A stretch of 62,767 nt of DNA, the filler included, from Chiloscyllium plagiosum (taxonomy: Eukaryota), in the NCBI RefSeq assembly GCF_004010195.1. It is 4 parts of one record of this genome, joined end to end, with 100 filler letters (N's around TTAATTAATTAA, not from the genome) between each part and the next. Parts side by side here need not be neighbours in the genome. Positions count along the whole stretch, not along the records: positions 23,249 to 45,626 come from NC_057712.1; 3 more parts are not named here. The stretch is one strand, 5' to 3'. The position numbers and the translations under genes were made by a program. This document shows positions 26,001 to 39,369 of the stretch, piece by piece. A model generated the notes under the pieces. It saw only the letters and a program-made list of their open reading frames with translations. It was not told the DNA's origin and did not search any database. The first letter of the stretch is position 1. The number at the start of each line of letters is the position of its first letter.

Positions 26001-26313
26001 AGGAGCTATACTCTTTTTAACAGCTGTCTGTACCCGTCCCACTACCTTTAATATCTTATCCCATTCTCCTAATGATGGTCTTTATTGTGGGAGACCCTGC
26101 TAATGAGTCACAACTTCAGCTTGCTTTCACTTTTCTGCTTTCACATCCAGAGAAAAAAAACAATTGTATTCCTGCCGACTCCAGTAACTTTCCTTACTGT
26201 TCTATTCAACTGAGGGTCTTAGAATGTGGATGACAGAAAAATGATTATTTTGTTTTGCTTGTTCAACATAAGGATTTGCAACTTTCCCACGTGTGCAGAT
26301 CCTCGCAGCACTC

Positions 26314-26535
26314 TGTAGTGATTGGAACCAGGTTGACCCCCCATTGACTACGAGGTCCTTGATTGGGGTTATACCTGGGCCAGTCAGGAGGTGCTGACCA
26401 ATGTTAACAGGGGATTTAGAATCTCCTCAGTTCAGGGGACTGACTCCAAACTGGCTGACCACAGCCTGTGTAGTATGCCCAAGTAAACAAAGGGTGACTT
26501 GGTGACACAATACCGGCCTCTGTGCAGTTAGTTCA
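26314..26535 (+). mobile_element. Solo-LTR-like element (~220 bp)
   Basis: TG...CA ends. A second copy in reverse orientation at 48350-48580 has TATA-like and AATAAA motifs. Confidence 0.6.
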
Positions 26536-26689
26536 CTCTCCTTCCCCATTACATCGGCTGAGTAAAGTTGCCTTTGTCCCTTCAACCTCTATTGGTCTGA
26601 TCTAACACCTCCTGCAGCTACTCACAAAGATAAATTCTGTATTAGAACAGAATTCTTGCAATTCCGATGTTTTGTGACTCTGGTACAAT

Positions 26690-27177
26690 TAGAGTCATAG
26701 AGTTGTACAACAGGGAAACAGATGTTTCAGTCCATCTTGTCCATGCTGACCAGGTATCCTAAATTTTTCTCATCTCAATTGGTCCATATCCCTGTTAAAC
26801 CCTTCCTTTCCAGATGCCTTTTACATGTAATTGTATCAGCCTCCACCACTTCCTCCAGCAGCACATTCCATACACGCACCACCCTCTGTGTGAAAACGTT
26901 GCCCCTCAGGTCCCTTTTAAATCTCTCCCCTCTCGCCATAACCCTATGCCCTCTAGTTTTGGACTCCCCTACACCGGGAAAAAGACCTTGTCTATTTACC
27001 CTATCCATGCCCCTCATGATTTTATAAACCTCTATAAGGTCACCCCTCAACCTCTGACGCTGCAGGGTAAAAAGCCCCACCCTATTCAGCTTCTCCCTAT
27101 AACTCAAACTCTCCAACCCCGGCAGCATCCTCGTAAATCTTTTCTGAACTGTTTCAAGTTTAACAACATCCCGCTAT
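26690..27177 (-). mobile_element. CR1 3' fragment (continues at about 28821-29030)
   Basis: MLPGLESLSYREKL..RLRGDLIEVYKIMRG. Confidence 0.85.
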
Positions 27178-27598
27178 GGCCAGACAGGTCACTTAAAATA
27201 ATGAACTTTAGATGGAAAATGATGAATTTATCATGGAGCTACAAAAAATGGACAATTATTAAAGCATGCTGGGAAATGGAAGGCAGCCTTGACTGAAGTG
27301 ACTGTGTTAATACAGACAGGCTGCAGCTGCCCACAGACAAACCTGGTAGCTGCAAACTCTACAATACACACTCAAATTTGGATTTGAATGAGACAATGTA
27401 ATGTGGCCCTCAGGACCATTGGAAACACTAGACATAGAGGTGCCTTATTTGGAGGAGGCTATGGGCACCTAGCACCTTCAATAATGGCCAACTAAGGACT
27501 GGCCTGCCATCAATGCGCCAACACCAGGTGATTGAACCCGATCAATCCATTAGAAGATACTTAAGACCCTCTTAAAAGTGTGCAAAGACTTTAAAGCA

Positions 27599-28493
27599 CA
27601 GGTAGTTCTCCTATGACTCTGTAGTTGTGTTCCAGTGAAACCTCGCTTAATAGAAAATCGCTCAACAGAAATAATAGGGCCTAGGGAAAAGTGAAGTTAA
27701 GGGCAGACGAGCAGAAAATATCACTCACAATTGCTCAGACATCACTCAAAGACAAACACAATGTACAGCACAGCCTGAATGAAGGTTGAAATCATATTTA
27801 TTAACGGAACAAAAGTAAATTTAACCCAGTACATTCAAACAATGTAAGAAAGCTGCTCCCTGTACAGTATCTCTCATAGAAAGCTGGTCTGTTGTCACCT
27901 GACATCGGTGCATGTGCAGAACAGAACATTCTTCTGCAGGGACATCAGCGCAAGCACACAACAGCACATAGACATCGGTGCATGTGCAGAACAGAGCAGG
28001 TTTCTGCAGGGACATCAGCGCAAGCACACAACGGCACATAGACATCGGTGCATGTGAGAACAGAGCAGGTTTCTGCAGGGACATCAGCGCAAGCACACAG
28101 CAGCACATAGACATCGGTGCATGTGCAGAACAGAGCAGGTTTCTGCGGGGACATCAGCGCAAGCACACAACAGCACATAGACATTGGTGCATGTGCAGAA
28201 CAGAGCAGGTTTCTGCAGGGACATCAGCGCAAGCACGCAATGGCACATAGACATTGGCGCATGCGCAAAACAGAAAATAAAATGGCACCAACAGCGCACA
28301 TGCATGGACTCCGGTGCATGTGCAGAGATTTCAGCGCGCACATCGGCCAAGCGTGAAACAAAGTGCACAAACTGATCCTCACTGGATTCGCGCTATTGCC
28401 AATGGAGGTAAGCCTTCTCCAAAATACCTAATTCTTCAGTGATGTTACAGCCAAGTCGTGCTGCTGAAACCCATGTTATGCCAGAGCTAATTG
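27599..28493. mobile_element. Tigger/pogo-like non-autonomous DNA transposon, degenerate TIRs
   Basis: Left end caggtagttctcctatgac versus right end reverse complement caattagctctggcataac; TA follows the right end. Confidence 0.5.
27901..28272. repeat. 70-bp tandem repeat, about 5.3 copies
   Basis: Units start at 27901, 27971, 28041, 28110, 28180 and 28250 (gacatcggtgcatgtgcagaacagagcaggtttctgcagggacatcagcgcaagcacacaacagcacata). Confidence 0.95.
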
Positions 28494-31359
28494 TATAAGA
28501 ATTGCCTGAAAACCATGCTCAGGGGGATAACTCAAGAATAACCACCGAAAGAGAAGACAATACTGAGACCCTCGGGGAAGACCAGGCAACATCACCATGT
28601 GGAGCCTGGCCAACTTCTAGTGCGGTGGTGTATGTTACAAAGTTAAGTTAAAGCATAAGATAGTTTGCAGTGTTTATCGTTAGATTATAGTACACTTTTT
28701 TGTTCTAACATTAATTGTGTCAAGTAAACGAGAATTATTGTGTATTATTATTAAGAGTTGCCCCACAGTTCTTTTGTGGAAAATAAGCATTCAAACACAG
28801 TGTGGCATGTATAGCACGTCCTATAGCAGGGAGACCAGAATTGAATGCAGCATTTCAAAATTAGCCTAAGCAACGTCCTGGGAAGCTACAACATGACACC
28901 CATCCTTACACTCAATGGACTGACCAATGAAAGCAACCATGCCAAACGCCTCTTTCACCACCCTATCTACCTGCAACTCCACTTTCAAGGATGTATGAAC
29001 CTGCATTCCAAGCTCTTTTTGTTCAATTCTGATTCCAGATGCACTCCAGGGCTTGAGCACTCAAATCCAGGCTGACTGTCCAATGTGATGAATCATTTAA
29101 TTTCAAAGGAAATAGACAGTATGAGAAACCTCAACTTTTATAGCACTTTTCACAACAGCCAATGATTCAAAGTACTTCACAACCAATGAGGTTTTAAATT
29201 GCAGTCACTATTTTTTTTGCAAGGTAAGTGCCCACAAGCAGCAATGTGAAAATAACATGATAATCTATTTTCTTGTGATGTTGATTCAGGGGTAACTATT
29301 GGCTGGCAATGGGGATAAACCCCCACTCCCCACCCACCAACTCTTCTTCACAATTATCAGAGGATCTTTTGAATCCCGACCAAGGAGGTATATCTCTCAT
29401 TGAATAGGCACCCATGCCATTGCAGCACTCGCTTAGCATCACATTGGAGAACCAGCCTGGGTTTGACAACTCAGGCTCTGGGGTGGGTCTGGAATTAGCA
29501 TCTTCCACATGAGTATTCCCAATGAGACCACAGCTCACCCAAAAATCTAACAAGATAAACAGGCAAGGAATGAGCCACTGGGTTGTTGAGCAATATCTCC
29601 GAGATGTGTTGCCGAGGCTGAAACCCTCCATCCTCCCAGCAGTCTACCAAAACAATGCTGCTGCTTTGATCAAGACTTGTGGAGGGGTGTTTTTCTAATG
29701 AGCTCCTAAAGCTCACTAGACTGAAAAACATGAAGCCGATGCTGATTCCCAATGGGACAGTGTTTCTTAGCTATTCATCATAAATCTGGACCTTAATTAA
29801 GTAATTCAAATAATAAAAACATGATGGTTATATTCCCATTTTCTTCAAAAGGAGATGTACTCAGATGCAGGAATGGAAAGTGGCTTCAATGATATTGCTG
29901 AGAAAGAACTCCATTGATTTTGCTCAGTGCTGCCTGTTTTATCTTTCTCCAAATTGTATTGACAGTTTTGTGACTGCATAAATATGTTGGTATTACTTCT
30001 TATACTCTGTCTCTGTCTCTCCCTCACCCACCCTCAGGGCCAACCTGGGATGGGCAATGAATGCTGGTCATACCCACGTTCCACGAATGAATGAGAAATG
30101 ATGGACATCCATCTTCATTCACTCCCTTTCTGCTGTCTTCCGTAACAAAGTACAGCTTCTTCCTAAGCTGCTGCTGTGATAACTAGACCTAAAGCAGACA
30201 TTCCTTGGTGATTTCTTCTCAGTGGCAGCAGGAAACAGCTGAATGCAGAGGGGGAATAGGAAGGGAAAATGGAGGGGGCCTGAATGGGAAGGTAGGAGCA
30301 GGCTCATACAGGGAGAATGGTGAGGAAAGGGATTTGGGGAGGTGATCTGTGGGAGAAAGGAGAGAAAGATCACAAAGAATGGGATTGGGAGCAGCGATCA
30401 CTCAGGAACGAAAGTACCAAATATAGCAGCAGCCACCCACAGAATACCTCACGGTCAACAGAGCCAGTTTCCCCAGTTCATAGGTCAGGAACACTAATAG
30501 AAAATGAAAAACACACTTTCATTTTAAATTGGCCCTACGAGATTGGTCACAGTCCTCGGGATCAATTTCTTGCCAAGCCTGGGTGGTAGCAATAGTACTC
30601 CCCAGGTGAGTCCTTCCCCTACCTCAGACAAACCATCTCAAGGCTCACACATGCTTCATAATTGTTAAACTCTTCTTTCCTCTCCAGAACGGCAAACAGT
30701 TTTTTCACCAGCTCCCCCTGAACCTTTTGAACCAGTAAGAGATATATACTAAAGACCTGCAATGGGAAGTTATCTTGTATGGGCAAATTAGATGGTTTGG
30801 TCTTCATCAGTTAGATTCCAGAGCAGTAAGAGGTGACATTAAACACATAAGATCCTGCAAGGGCTATTCATGATCAATTCCAAGGATGTGGGAGTCATTG
30901 GTAAGGCCAACATACTTAACTGCCCTTTGACTCAACCTAAATATGCTTGATAGACCATTTCAAGGGAAGTTAAGTCAACCACATTGCTGCGGGTCTGGAG
31001 TTACATGTAGGCCAGATTATCAGATTTATTTTCTCTGTACAGCATCAGTGAATCAGAATGCGGTTTTATAACAACCAATCTGGTTTCATCTCTTTAAAAT
31101 GATATTGTTTATTAGTAGAAATTTGATATCCATTGTGGAGTTCAATCCCATGTCCTTCATGCCACTTGACAGAATAGATACTCAACGAATGCTTCCCCTT
31201 GTGGAAGAGACTAGAACCAGGTCACACAGCTTAAAAATCGAGACTTTTATTTAAGATGGAAATGTGGAGATTTATTTTTCTGTCAGAGGATTGTGAATCT
31301 TTGAAACAATAGGGCAGAGGCATTGAGTGCTTTTCAGGTGGAGGGAGACACATTCTTGA

Positions 31360-32320
31360 TTAAAAATGGGATCAAAGAAGAATGAGAGGTGACCTCATCG
31401 AAATATATAGGAATCTTAATGGGGAGCTTGACAGGGGGTACGCTGAGAGGATGGTTCCCCTCATGGGAGGCTCTACGACCAGGGGGCACACTCTCAGGAT
31501 GAAGGGGCTCCAGTTTAAGACTCGCCATAACCCTATGCCCTCTAGTTCTGGTCTCCCCGACCCCAGGAAAAAGACTTTGCCTATTTACCCTATCCATGCC
31601 CCGCATAATTTTCTAAACCTCTATAAGGTCACCCCTCAGCCTCCGATACTCCAGGGAAAACAGCCCCAGCCTGTTCAGCCTCTCCCTGTAGCTCAGATCC
31701 TCCAATCCTGGCAACATCCTTGTAAATCTTTTCTGAACCCTTTCAAGTTTCACAACATCTCTCCGATAGGAAGGAGACCAGAATTGCACGCAATATTCCA
31801 ACAGTGGCCTAACCAATGTCCTGTACAGCTGCAACATGACCTCCCAACTCCTGTACTCAATACTCTGACCGATAAAGGAAAGCATACCAAACGCCGTCTT
31901 CACTATCCTATCTACCTGTGACTCCACTTTCAAGGAGCTATAAACCTGCACTCCAAGGTCCCTTTGTTCAGCAACACTCCCTAGGACCTTACCATTAAAT
32001 GTATAAGTCCTGGTAAGATTTGCTTTCCCAAAATGCAGCACCTCGCATTTATCTGAATTAAACTCCATCTGCCACTTCTCAGCCCATTGGCCCATCTGAT
32101 CAAGATCCTGTTGTAATCTGAGGTAACCCTCTTCGCTGTCCACTACACCTCCAATTTTGGTGTCATCTGCAAACTTACTAACTGTACCTTGTATGCTCGC
32201 ATCCAAATCATTTATGTAAATGACAAAAAGTAGAGGAGTCAACGCCGATCCTTGTGGCACTCCACTGGTCACAGGCCTCCAGTCTGAAAAACAACCCTCC
32301 ACCCTCTGTCTTCTACCTTT
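31360..32320 (-). mobile_element. CR1 RT C-terminal part (-), joined to a + strand CR1 3' piece at 31380-31520
   Basis: VTSGVPQGS..YINDLD..SKFADDTKIGG..RPLLEYCVQFWSP. Confidence 0.9.
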
Positions 32321-33659
32321 GAGCTTTAGAGTTTTATGGTCATCAGAGGTAGATGGGAATGAGGATTTGAGTCACTGTCTTATGAAATGGTGGACCAGAC
32401 AGGAGGGGACAGAATGTTCTCAAGTGCATACGTTCATACATGTATTCATATGGGTCAGGGAATGCATAATAATCAGGGGCACTCTTTGTCACAATTCATG
32501 GAAAAATTGTCACAGTTCAAGAATTTTGCCCACAAAATACCGAGCCAAGCCAATAAAAGTTTTATATGTGAGCATCAGTGGCCAGGCCAGTGTTATTGCC
32601 CCTGCCTGACTGCCCTTCAGAAGATGGTGGTGAGCCCCCTGCTGAAATGCTACAATCCATATGGGGGTGTAGGGACTCCCAGGTAATGCCATTAGGAAAG
32701 ACATTCCAGGATTTTGACCCAGCGACAGCGAAGGAACGGCGATATGTTTCCATGTCAGGATTTAGAGGGGAGCTTGTAGGTGTTCCCGTGTGCCCGCTGT
32801 TTGTCCACTTCTAGATGACAGAAGCTTCTAGAGGAGTTTCCAAAAGATACCATCTCGAGTCTCTCAAGCCCAGCATTACATGCCACCATATTGCATGATC
32901 TCCGAATATAAAAGCAACCACCAGACTTGCTGACATTATTTAGCTGCCCCACTTCATTACACTTTAATTACTAGAGAATGAAGTTTATATTTTAAAAAAT
33001 GCAAGGAAAATGAAGTAACATTTATGATTGTGAAATAACCCCATCAACAGCAGGCTGTACTGTAAACAGGATGAGCTGAACTCATCTGATCAGTTCAGCC
33101 CAGGCACATTTGGAGTGCAATGACTAAAATCTATCAGCTCCCTGCACACATTCACCTGTGATTCCACACCTTAGGACCCTAGCAGTGAAGTAGAACATTA
33201 CTGAGAAGATTCTCATTAAAGCTCTTAAGGGAATTATCGTTTCACCTCCAATTAGTCACCATTTTCTTCACGATTCTCAAGGGATCCTCAGTGTTGTTTT
33301 ATGGGTTCCTCACCTCTTCCTCTGTGCTTGGAGACCCACTCCCTGTGGTGACAATAAGCTTTGTAATTGCAACTGGATGCTTATTGTGTTTTTGCTGACT
33401 GGGATTGCACATTGGGTACTTAGTTGCTGCTGTAGCCTGAAGCGCCTCTTTAAATTAATTCAGAAACACCAGGTGTTGCTGCAGCTAATAGCGACACTTC
33501 CTTTCAAATGATCAATTAGTATCTTGTGCTAGCTAAGTATCGATCATGCAGGTAATGTAATCACCAACCTCTTCAAAGCACAGTACACAACTCCCATTCA
33601 GCCACCACACAAAGTTGTAAGAATCTGAGAATGAATGGCAAATGAGAAAGAGATCGTCA

Positions 33660-34209
33660 ATAGCTTTGCAACAATGCAGAATCGCTGAGCAGATGCTGTT
33701 ATAGAAGTTCAGTACCCATGAGGATGGCCTCAATCAGGATCTTGGGGTCATTTCTCATTAGAAGTGACCCCACTACACAATACACACACGGACACACACA
33801 CACTTACACATGATCACACTCACACAGATCTTCTCTCATTCATACGCACTCTCTCGTTCTCTCTCTCTCTCTCACACGCACACATTCTCTCCCTCTCTCT
33901 CACACGCACATGTACGCACACACTCTCTCACACACACACAGTGTCTCCCTCACACGTACACACACACTCTCTCCCTCATGCACACACAGATGCACACACT
34001 CTCTCCCTCACACACACAGAGACACGCACACACTCTCTCACACACACAGTGTCTCCCTCACATGTACACAACACACTCTCCCTCATACACACACACAGAC
34101 ACACACACTCTCTCCCTCACTCACACACAGAGACACACACACTCTCTCCTTCGAGCGCACACACACACACACACATATAAGTCTATGGGGTGAATTTGCA
34201 TTTGCAGAT
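33660..34209 (+). mobile_element. Old Penelope-like 3' region with CA/CT-rich tract (host of the nested insertions)
   Basis: Degenerate RIAEQ..FSTHEDGLNQDLG endonuclease tail, then CA/CT microsatellite. Continues at 37160-37280 and 43474-43987. Confidence 0.6.
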
Positions 34210-37159
34210 TTGCACAGCTGTAGAATAGGCGATTGTAGAGGAGGATGTGTCTACAGAGTCAGTATGGGCAGAAGTCAGAAACAGGAAAGGAGCAGTCACT
34301 TTATTGGGAGTTTTCTACAGATGCCCCAATAGCAACAGAGACACGGAGGAGCAGATTCAGAGGCAGATTTTAGAAAGGTGCAGAAAAACAGGGTTGGTGT
34401 CAGGGTGATTTTAATTTCCCTAATATTGATTGGAATCTCCTTGGTTCAAATAGTTTAGATGGAGTAGTTTTTCCTGAGATGTGTCCAGGATGGATTCCTG
34501 ATTCAATATGTAGATAGGCCAACTAGAGGGGAGGCCATATTGGATTTGGTGCTTGGCATGAACCTTTCCAGGTTTAGATTAGATTCCCTACAGTATGGAA
34601 ACAGGCTTTTTCACCCAACAAGTCCACACCGACCCTCCGAAGAGTAACCCATCCAGACCCATTCCCCTCCATTTACCCTGACTAATGCACCTAACACTAT
34701 GGGCAATTTAGCATGGCCAATTCACCTGAGCTGCATATCTTGGATTGTGGGAGGAAACCAGAGCACTTGGAGGAAACCCGCACAGACACAGGGAGAATGT
34801 GCAAACTCCACACAGACAGTCGCCCGATGCTGGAATTGAACCTGGGCCCCTGGTGCTGTGAGGCAGCCGTGCTAACCACCAAACCATCGTGCCACCCATA
34901 ATTGTCAGTAATAGTGACCACAACTCCATGACCTTTACCATACTCATGGAGAGGGATAGGAGCAGACAGTATGGGAAAGTGTTTAATCGGGGGAGGGGGA
35001 TTTATGATGATATTAGACAGGAACTGGGGCACCTAAATTGGGAACAGATGTTCTCAGGGAAATGCACAACAGAAAAGTGGAGGCTGTTTCAAGAGCACTT
35101 GCTGATAATGCTGGACAGATTTGTGCCACTGAGGCAAGGAAGGGATGGTAGGGTGAAGGAACCTTGGGTGGCAGGGGATGTGGAACATCTAGTCAAGAGG
35201 AAGAAGCAAGCTCACTTAATGTTGAGGAGGTAAGGACCAGACAGGGCCTTAGAGGGTTACAAGGTAGACAGAAAATAATCTAAGAATGGACCTAGGAGAA
35301 TTAGAAGGGGGCATGAAAAAGCCTTGGTAAGTAGGATTAAGGAAACCCTAAAGCAGTCTATACTTACGTGAGGAACAAAAGAATGGGCAGAGTGAGAGTT
35401 GGGCTGATCAGGGATGGTGGAGGGAACTTGCGCCTGGAGTTGGAAGAGATAGGGGACGTCCTTAATGAATACATTGCTTCAGTATTCACTAATGAGAGGG
35501 ACCTTGATGTTTGTGAAGACAGAGTGAAACAGACTGATATGCTCAAACAGGTTGATGTTAAGAAGGAAGTTGTGCTGAAAATGTTGAAAAATATAAGGAT
35601 AGATAAGTTCCCCTGAGCCAGATGGGATAGACCCAAGGTTTCTACAGGAAGTGAGGAAAGAGATTGTTGTGCCTTTAGCAATGATCTTTGTGTCCTCACT
35701 GTCCACTGGAGTAGTGTCAGATAATTGGAAGGTGGCAAATGTTATTCCGTTGTTCAAGAAAGGGAATAAGGATAATCCTGGGAACCACAGACCAATTAAT
35801 CTCACGTCTGTGGTGTATCGGATAAGATTTTGAGAGACAGAATTTATGATCACTTGGAAAACCATAGCTTGATTACAGGTAGTCAGCATGACATTGTGAG
35901 GGGCAGGTCATACCTCACACATGTTATTTAATTCTTTGAGGATATTACAAAACACATTGATGGAAGTCGAGCAGTGGATGTGGTTTAAATGGATTTTAGT
36001 AAGGCATTTGATAAGGTTCCCCATGGTGGACTCATTCAGAAAGTAAGGAGGCATGGGATACAGGGAAATCTGACTGCCTGGATACAGAATTGGCTGGCCC
36101 ATAGAAGGCAGAGGGTGGTGGTAGATGGAAAGTATTCAGCCTGGAGCTTGGTGACCAGTGGTGTATTGCAGGGATCAGTTCTGTGCTCTCTCCTCTTTGT
36201 GATGTTTATAAATGACTTGGATGAGGAAATCGAAGATGGGTTAATAAGTTTGCCGATGACACAAAAGTTGATGGAATTGTGGATAGTGTGGAGGGCTGTT
36301 GTAGGTTGCAACGTGACACTGACAGGATGCAGAACTGGGCTGATAAGTGGCAGATGGAGTTCACCCTGGAGAAGTGTGAAGTGATTCACTTTGGAAGATT
36401 GAATTTGAATGCAGATTACAAAGTTAAAGGCAGGATTCTTGGCAGTGTGGAGGTACAGAGGGATCGTGGGGTCCATGTCCATAGATCCCTCAAAGTTACC
36501 ACCCAGGTTGATAGGGTTGTTAAGAAGGCATTATGGTGTATTGGCTTTCATTAGCAGGGGGATTGAGGTTAGAGCCACGAGGTTATGCTGCAGCTGTATA
36601 AAGCCCTAGTTTGAACACACTAGGAATATTGTTTTCAGTTCTGGTTGCCTCATTATAGGAAGGATGTGAAGCTTTCGAGAGGGTGCAGAGGAGATTTACC
36701 AGGATGCTGCCTGGACTAGAGGGCATGTCTTATGAAGAAAGGTTGAGGGAACTAGGGCTTTTCTCATTGGAGAGAAGAAGGATGAGTGGTGACTTCATAG
36801 AGGTGTACAAGATGATGAGAGGCATAGATAAAGTCAATAGCCAGAGACTTTTCCCTAGGGCGTAAGGGGCTATCACAAGGACTATAATTTTAAGGTGATT
36901 GGAGGAAGGTTTAGGAGAGATGTCAGAGTTAGGTTCTTTACACAGAGAGTGGTGGGTGTATGGAATGCACTGCCAGCAGTGCCAGTAGAGTCAGATACAT
37001 TAGGGACATTTAAGCGACTCTTGGATAGGCATGTGGGAGATAGTACAATGAAGGGTATGTATGTTAATCTGATCTTAGAGAAGGATACAAGGTCAGCAGA
37101 ACATTGAGGGCCAAAGAGCCAGCACTGTGCTATACAGCTCTAAGTTCTATGTTCTATGT
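34210..37159 (+). mobile_element. 5'-truncated CR1 LINE (endonuclease and RT, disrupted)
   Basis: NWKVANVIPLFKKG, MDFSKAFDKVPH, VTSGVLQGSVL, (atgttct)n tail. TSD atttgcagat at 34200-34209 and 37160-37169. V-SINE inserted at 34572-34897. Confidence 0.9.
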
Positions 37160-39192
37160 ATTTGCAGATACATTCTATTTTGTTCAAAAAGCACACAATC
37201 TGTAGGCAGTCAGTCCATGTGACATTTTATAAATTCCTACTTTGGGAATAGAACCAGTCTGACTCAAGGTTGGGATACATACCTGTTGCCTATTTTCTAA
37301 GGATCTGTATCCCTCTGCTCCCTGCCTATTCATGTATCTCTCTAGATTCATCTTAAAATGACACTATTGTGTCCATCTCTACCATCTCCGCTGGCAAAGT
37401 GTTCCAGGCACTCACCACCCTCTGTGTAAAGAACTTTCCATGCAGATCTCCCTTAAACTTTTGCCCTCTCATCTTGAACTCGTGACCCCTAGTAACTGAG
37501 TCCCCCACTCTGGGGAAAAGCTTCTTGCTATCCACCCTGTCTATACCTGCCATACTGTAGACCTCAGTCAGGTCCCCCCTCAACCTCAGTCTTTCTAATG
37601 AAAATAATCCTAATCTGCTCAACCTCTCCTCATAGCCAGCACCCTCCATACCACATCCTGGTGAACCTCCTCTCTACCCTCTCCAAAGCATCCACATCCT
37701 TTTGGTAATATGATGACCAGAACTGTATGCAGTATTCCAACTGTGGCCGAACCATAGTCTTATACAATGGTAACATGACCTGCCAACTCTTGTACTCAAT
37801 ACCTCATCCGATGAAGGAAAGCACGCCATGTGCCTTCTTAACCACTCTTTCGATCTACGTTGCCACCTTCAGGATACAATGGACCTAAACACCCAGATCT
37901 CTGTACATCAATTTTCCCCAGGGCTTTTTCATTTACAACATAGTTTACTTTGGAACTGGGTCTTCCAAAATGCATCACCTCACATTTGCCTGAATTGAAC
38001 TCTTTCTGCTGTTTCTCCACCCAACACTCCAATCTATCCATATTCTGCTGCATTCTCTGGCAGTCCCCTTCACTATCTGCTACTCCACCAATCTTAGTGT
38101 CATTTGCAAACTTGCTCATTAGACCATCTATACCTTCCTCCAGATCACAATATATATATATCACAAACAACAGTAGTCCCAACATGGATCCCTGTGAAAC
38201 ACCACTGGTCACAGGTCTCCATTTTGAGAAGCTCCCTACCACTACTGCTCTCTGACTCCTGTTGCCCAGCCAGTTCTCTATCCATCTTGCAAGAACACCC
38301 TGGATCCCATGTGACTTCACCTTCATCAGCCTACCATGGGCAACCTGATCAAATGCCTTACTAAAGTCCATGTATATGACATCTACAGCCCTTCCCTCAT
38401 TAACCAACTTTGTTGCTTCCTCAAAAAATTCTATGAATTTGGGAAGAAATGACCTTCTCTGCACAAAACCACGCTGCCTGTCACCGATAAGCCCATTTTC
38501 TTCCAAATGTAAATAGATCCTATCCCTCAGCATCTTCTCCAGTAGCATCCCTATCAGTGATGTCAGGCTCACAGGTGTGGAATTATCTGGATTATCTGTG
38601 CTAGCCTTCTTAAACAAAGGGACAACATTAGCAATTCTCCAGTCCTCTGGGACCTCAGTGCTGTTCAAGGATGCTGCAAAGGTATCTGTTAAGGCCCTAA
38701 CTATTTCTTCTCTCACTGCCCTCAGTAACCTGGGATAGATCCCATCCGGACCTGGGGACTTTTCCACCTTAATTCCTTTTAGAATACCCAACACTTTCTC
38801 CCTCCTTATGCCAACTTGACCTAGAGTATTCAAACATCTACCCCTAACCTCAACATCCATCGTGTCCCTCTCCTCAGTGAACACTGATGTAAAGTGCTCA
38901 TTAAGAATCTCGCCCATTTTCTCTGACTCCACGCATAACTTTCCTCCTTTGGCCTTGAATGGGCCAACCCTTTCTCTAGTCACCCTCTTGCTCCTTATAT
39001 ACAAATAAAAGGCTTTGGCATTTTCCTCAACCCTGTTTGCTAAAGGTATCTCATGACCCCTTTAGCCCTCTTAATTCCTCATTTCAGATTAGTCCTACTT
39101 TCCTGATATTCTTCCAAAGCTTTGTCTGTTTTCAGTCGCCTAGACCTTATGTATGCTTCCTTTTTCCTCTTAGCTAGTCTCACAATTTCACC

Positions 39193-39369
39193 CAGACGAA
39201 AGTGAGGACTGCAGTTGCTGGAGATTAGAGTCAAGCGTGTGGTGCTGGAAAAGCACGGCAGGTCAGGCAGCATCCGGGGAGCAGGAAAATTGTGTTTCCC
39301 CAAAACATTGCTTTTCCTGCTATCAGATGCTGCCCTACCTGCTGTGCTTTTCCAGCACCACACGCTTGA
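39193..39369. mobile_element. Fold-back Penelope-derived insertion in CR1
   Basis: 14-bp TSD ctcacaatttcacc at 39179-39192 and 39370-39383. Confidence 0.8.

Noticed and set aside
27821..28375. Cys/His-rich ORFs on both strands
   Set aside because: Translations of the 70-bp tandem repeat; the unit is not a multiple of three.
33764..34332. His/Thr-rich ORFs (also 23703-24152)
   Set aside because: Translations of CA/CT microsatellite tracts.
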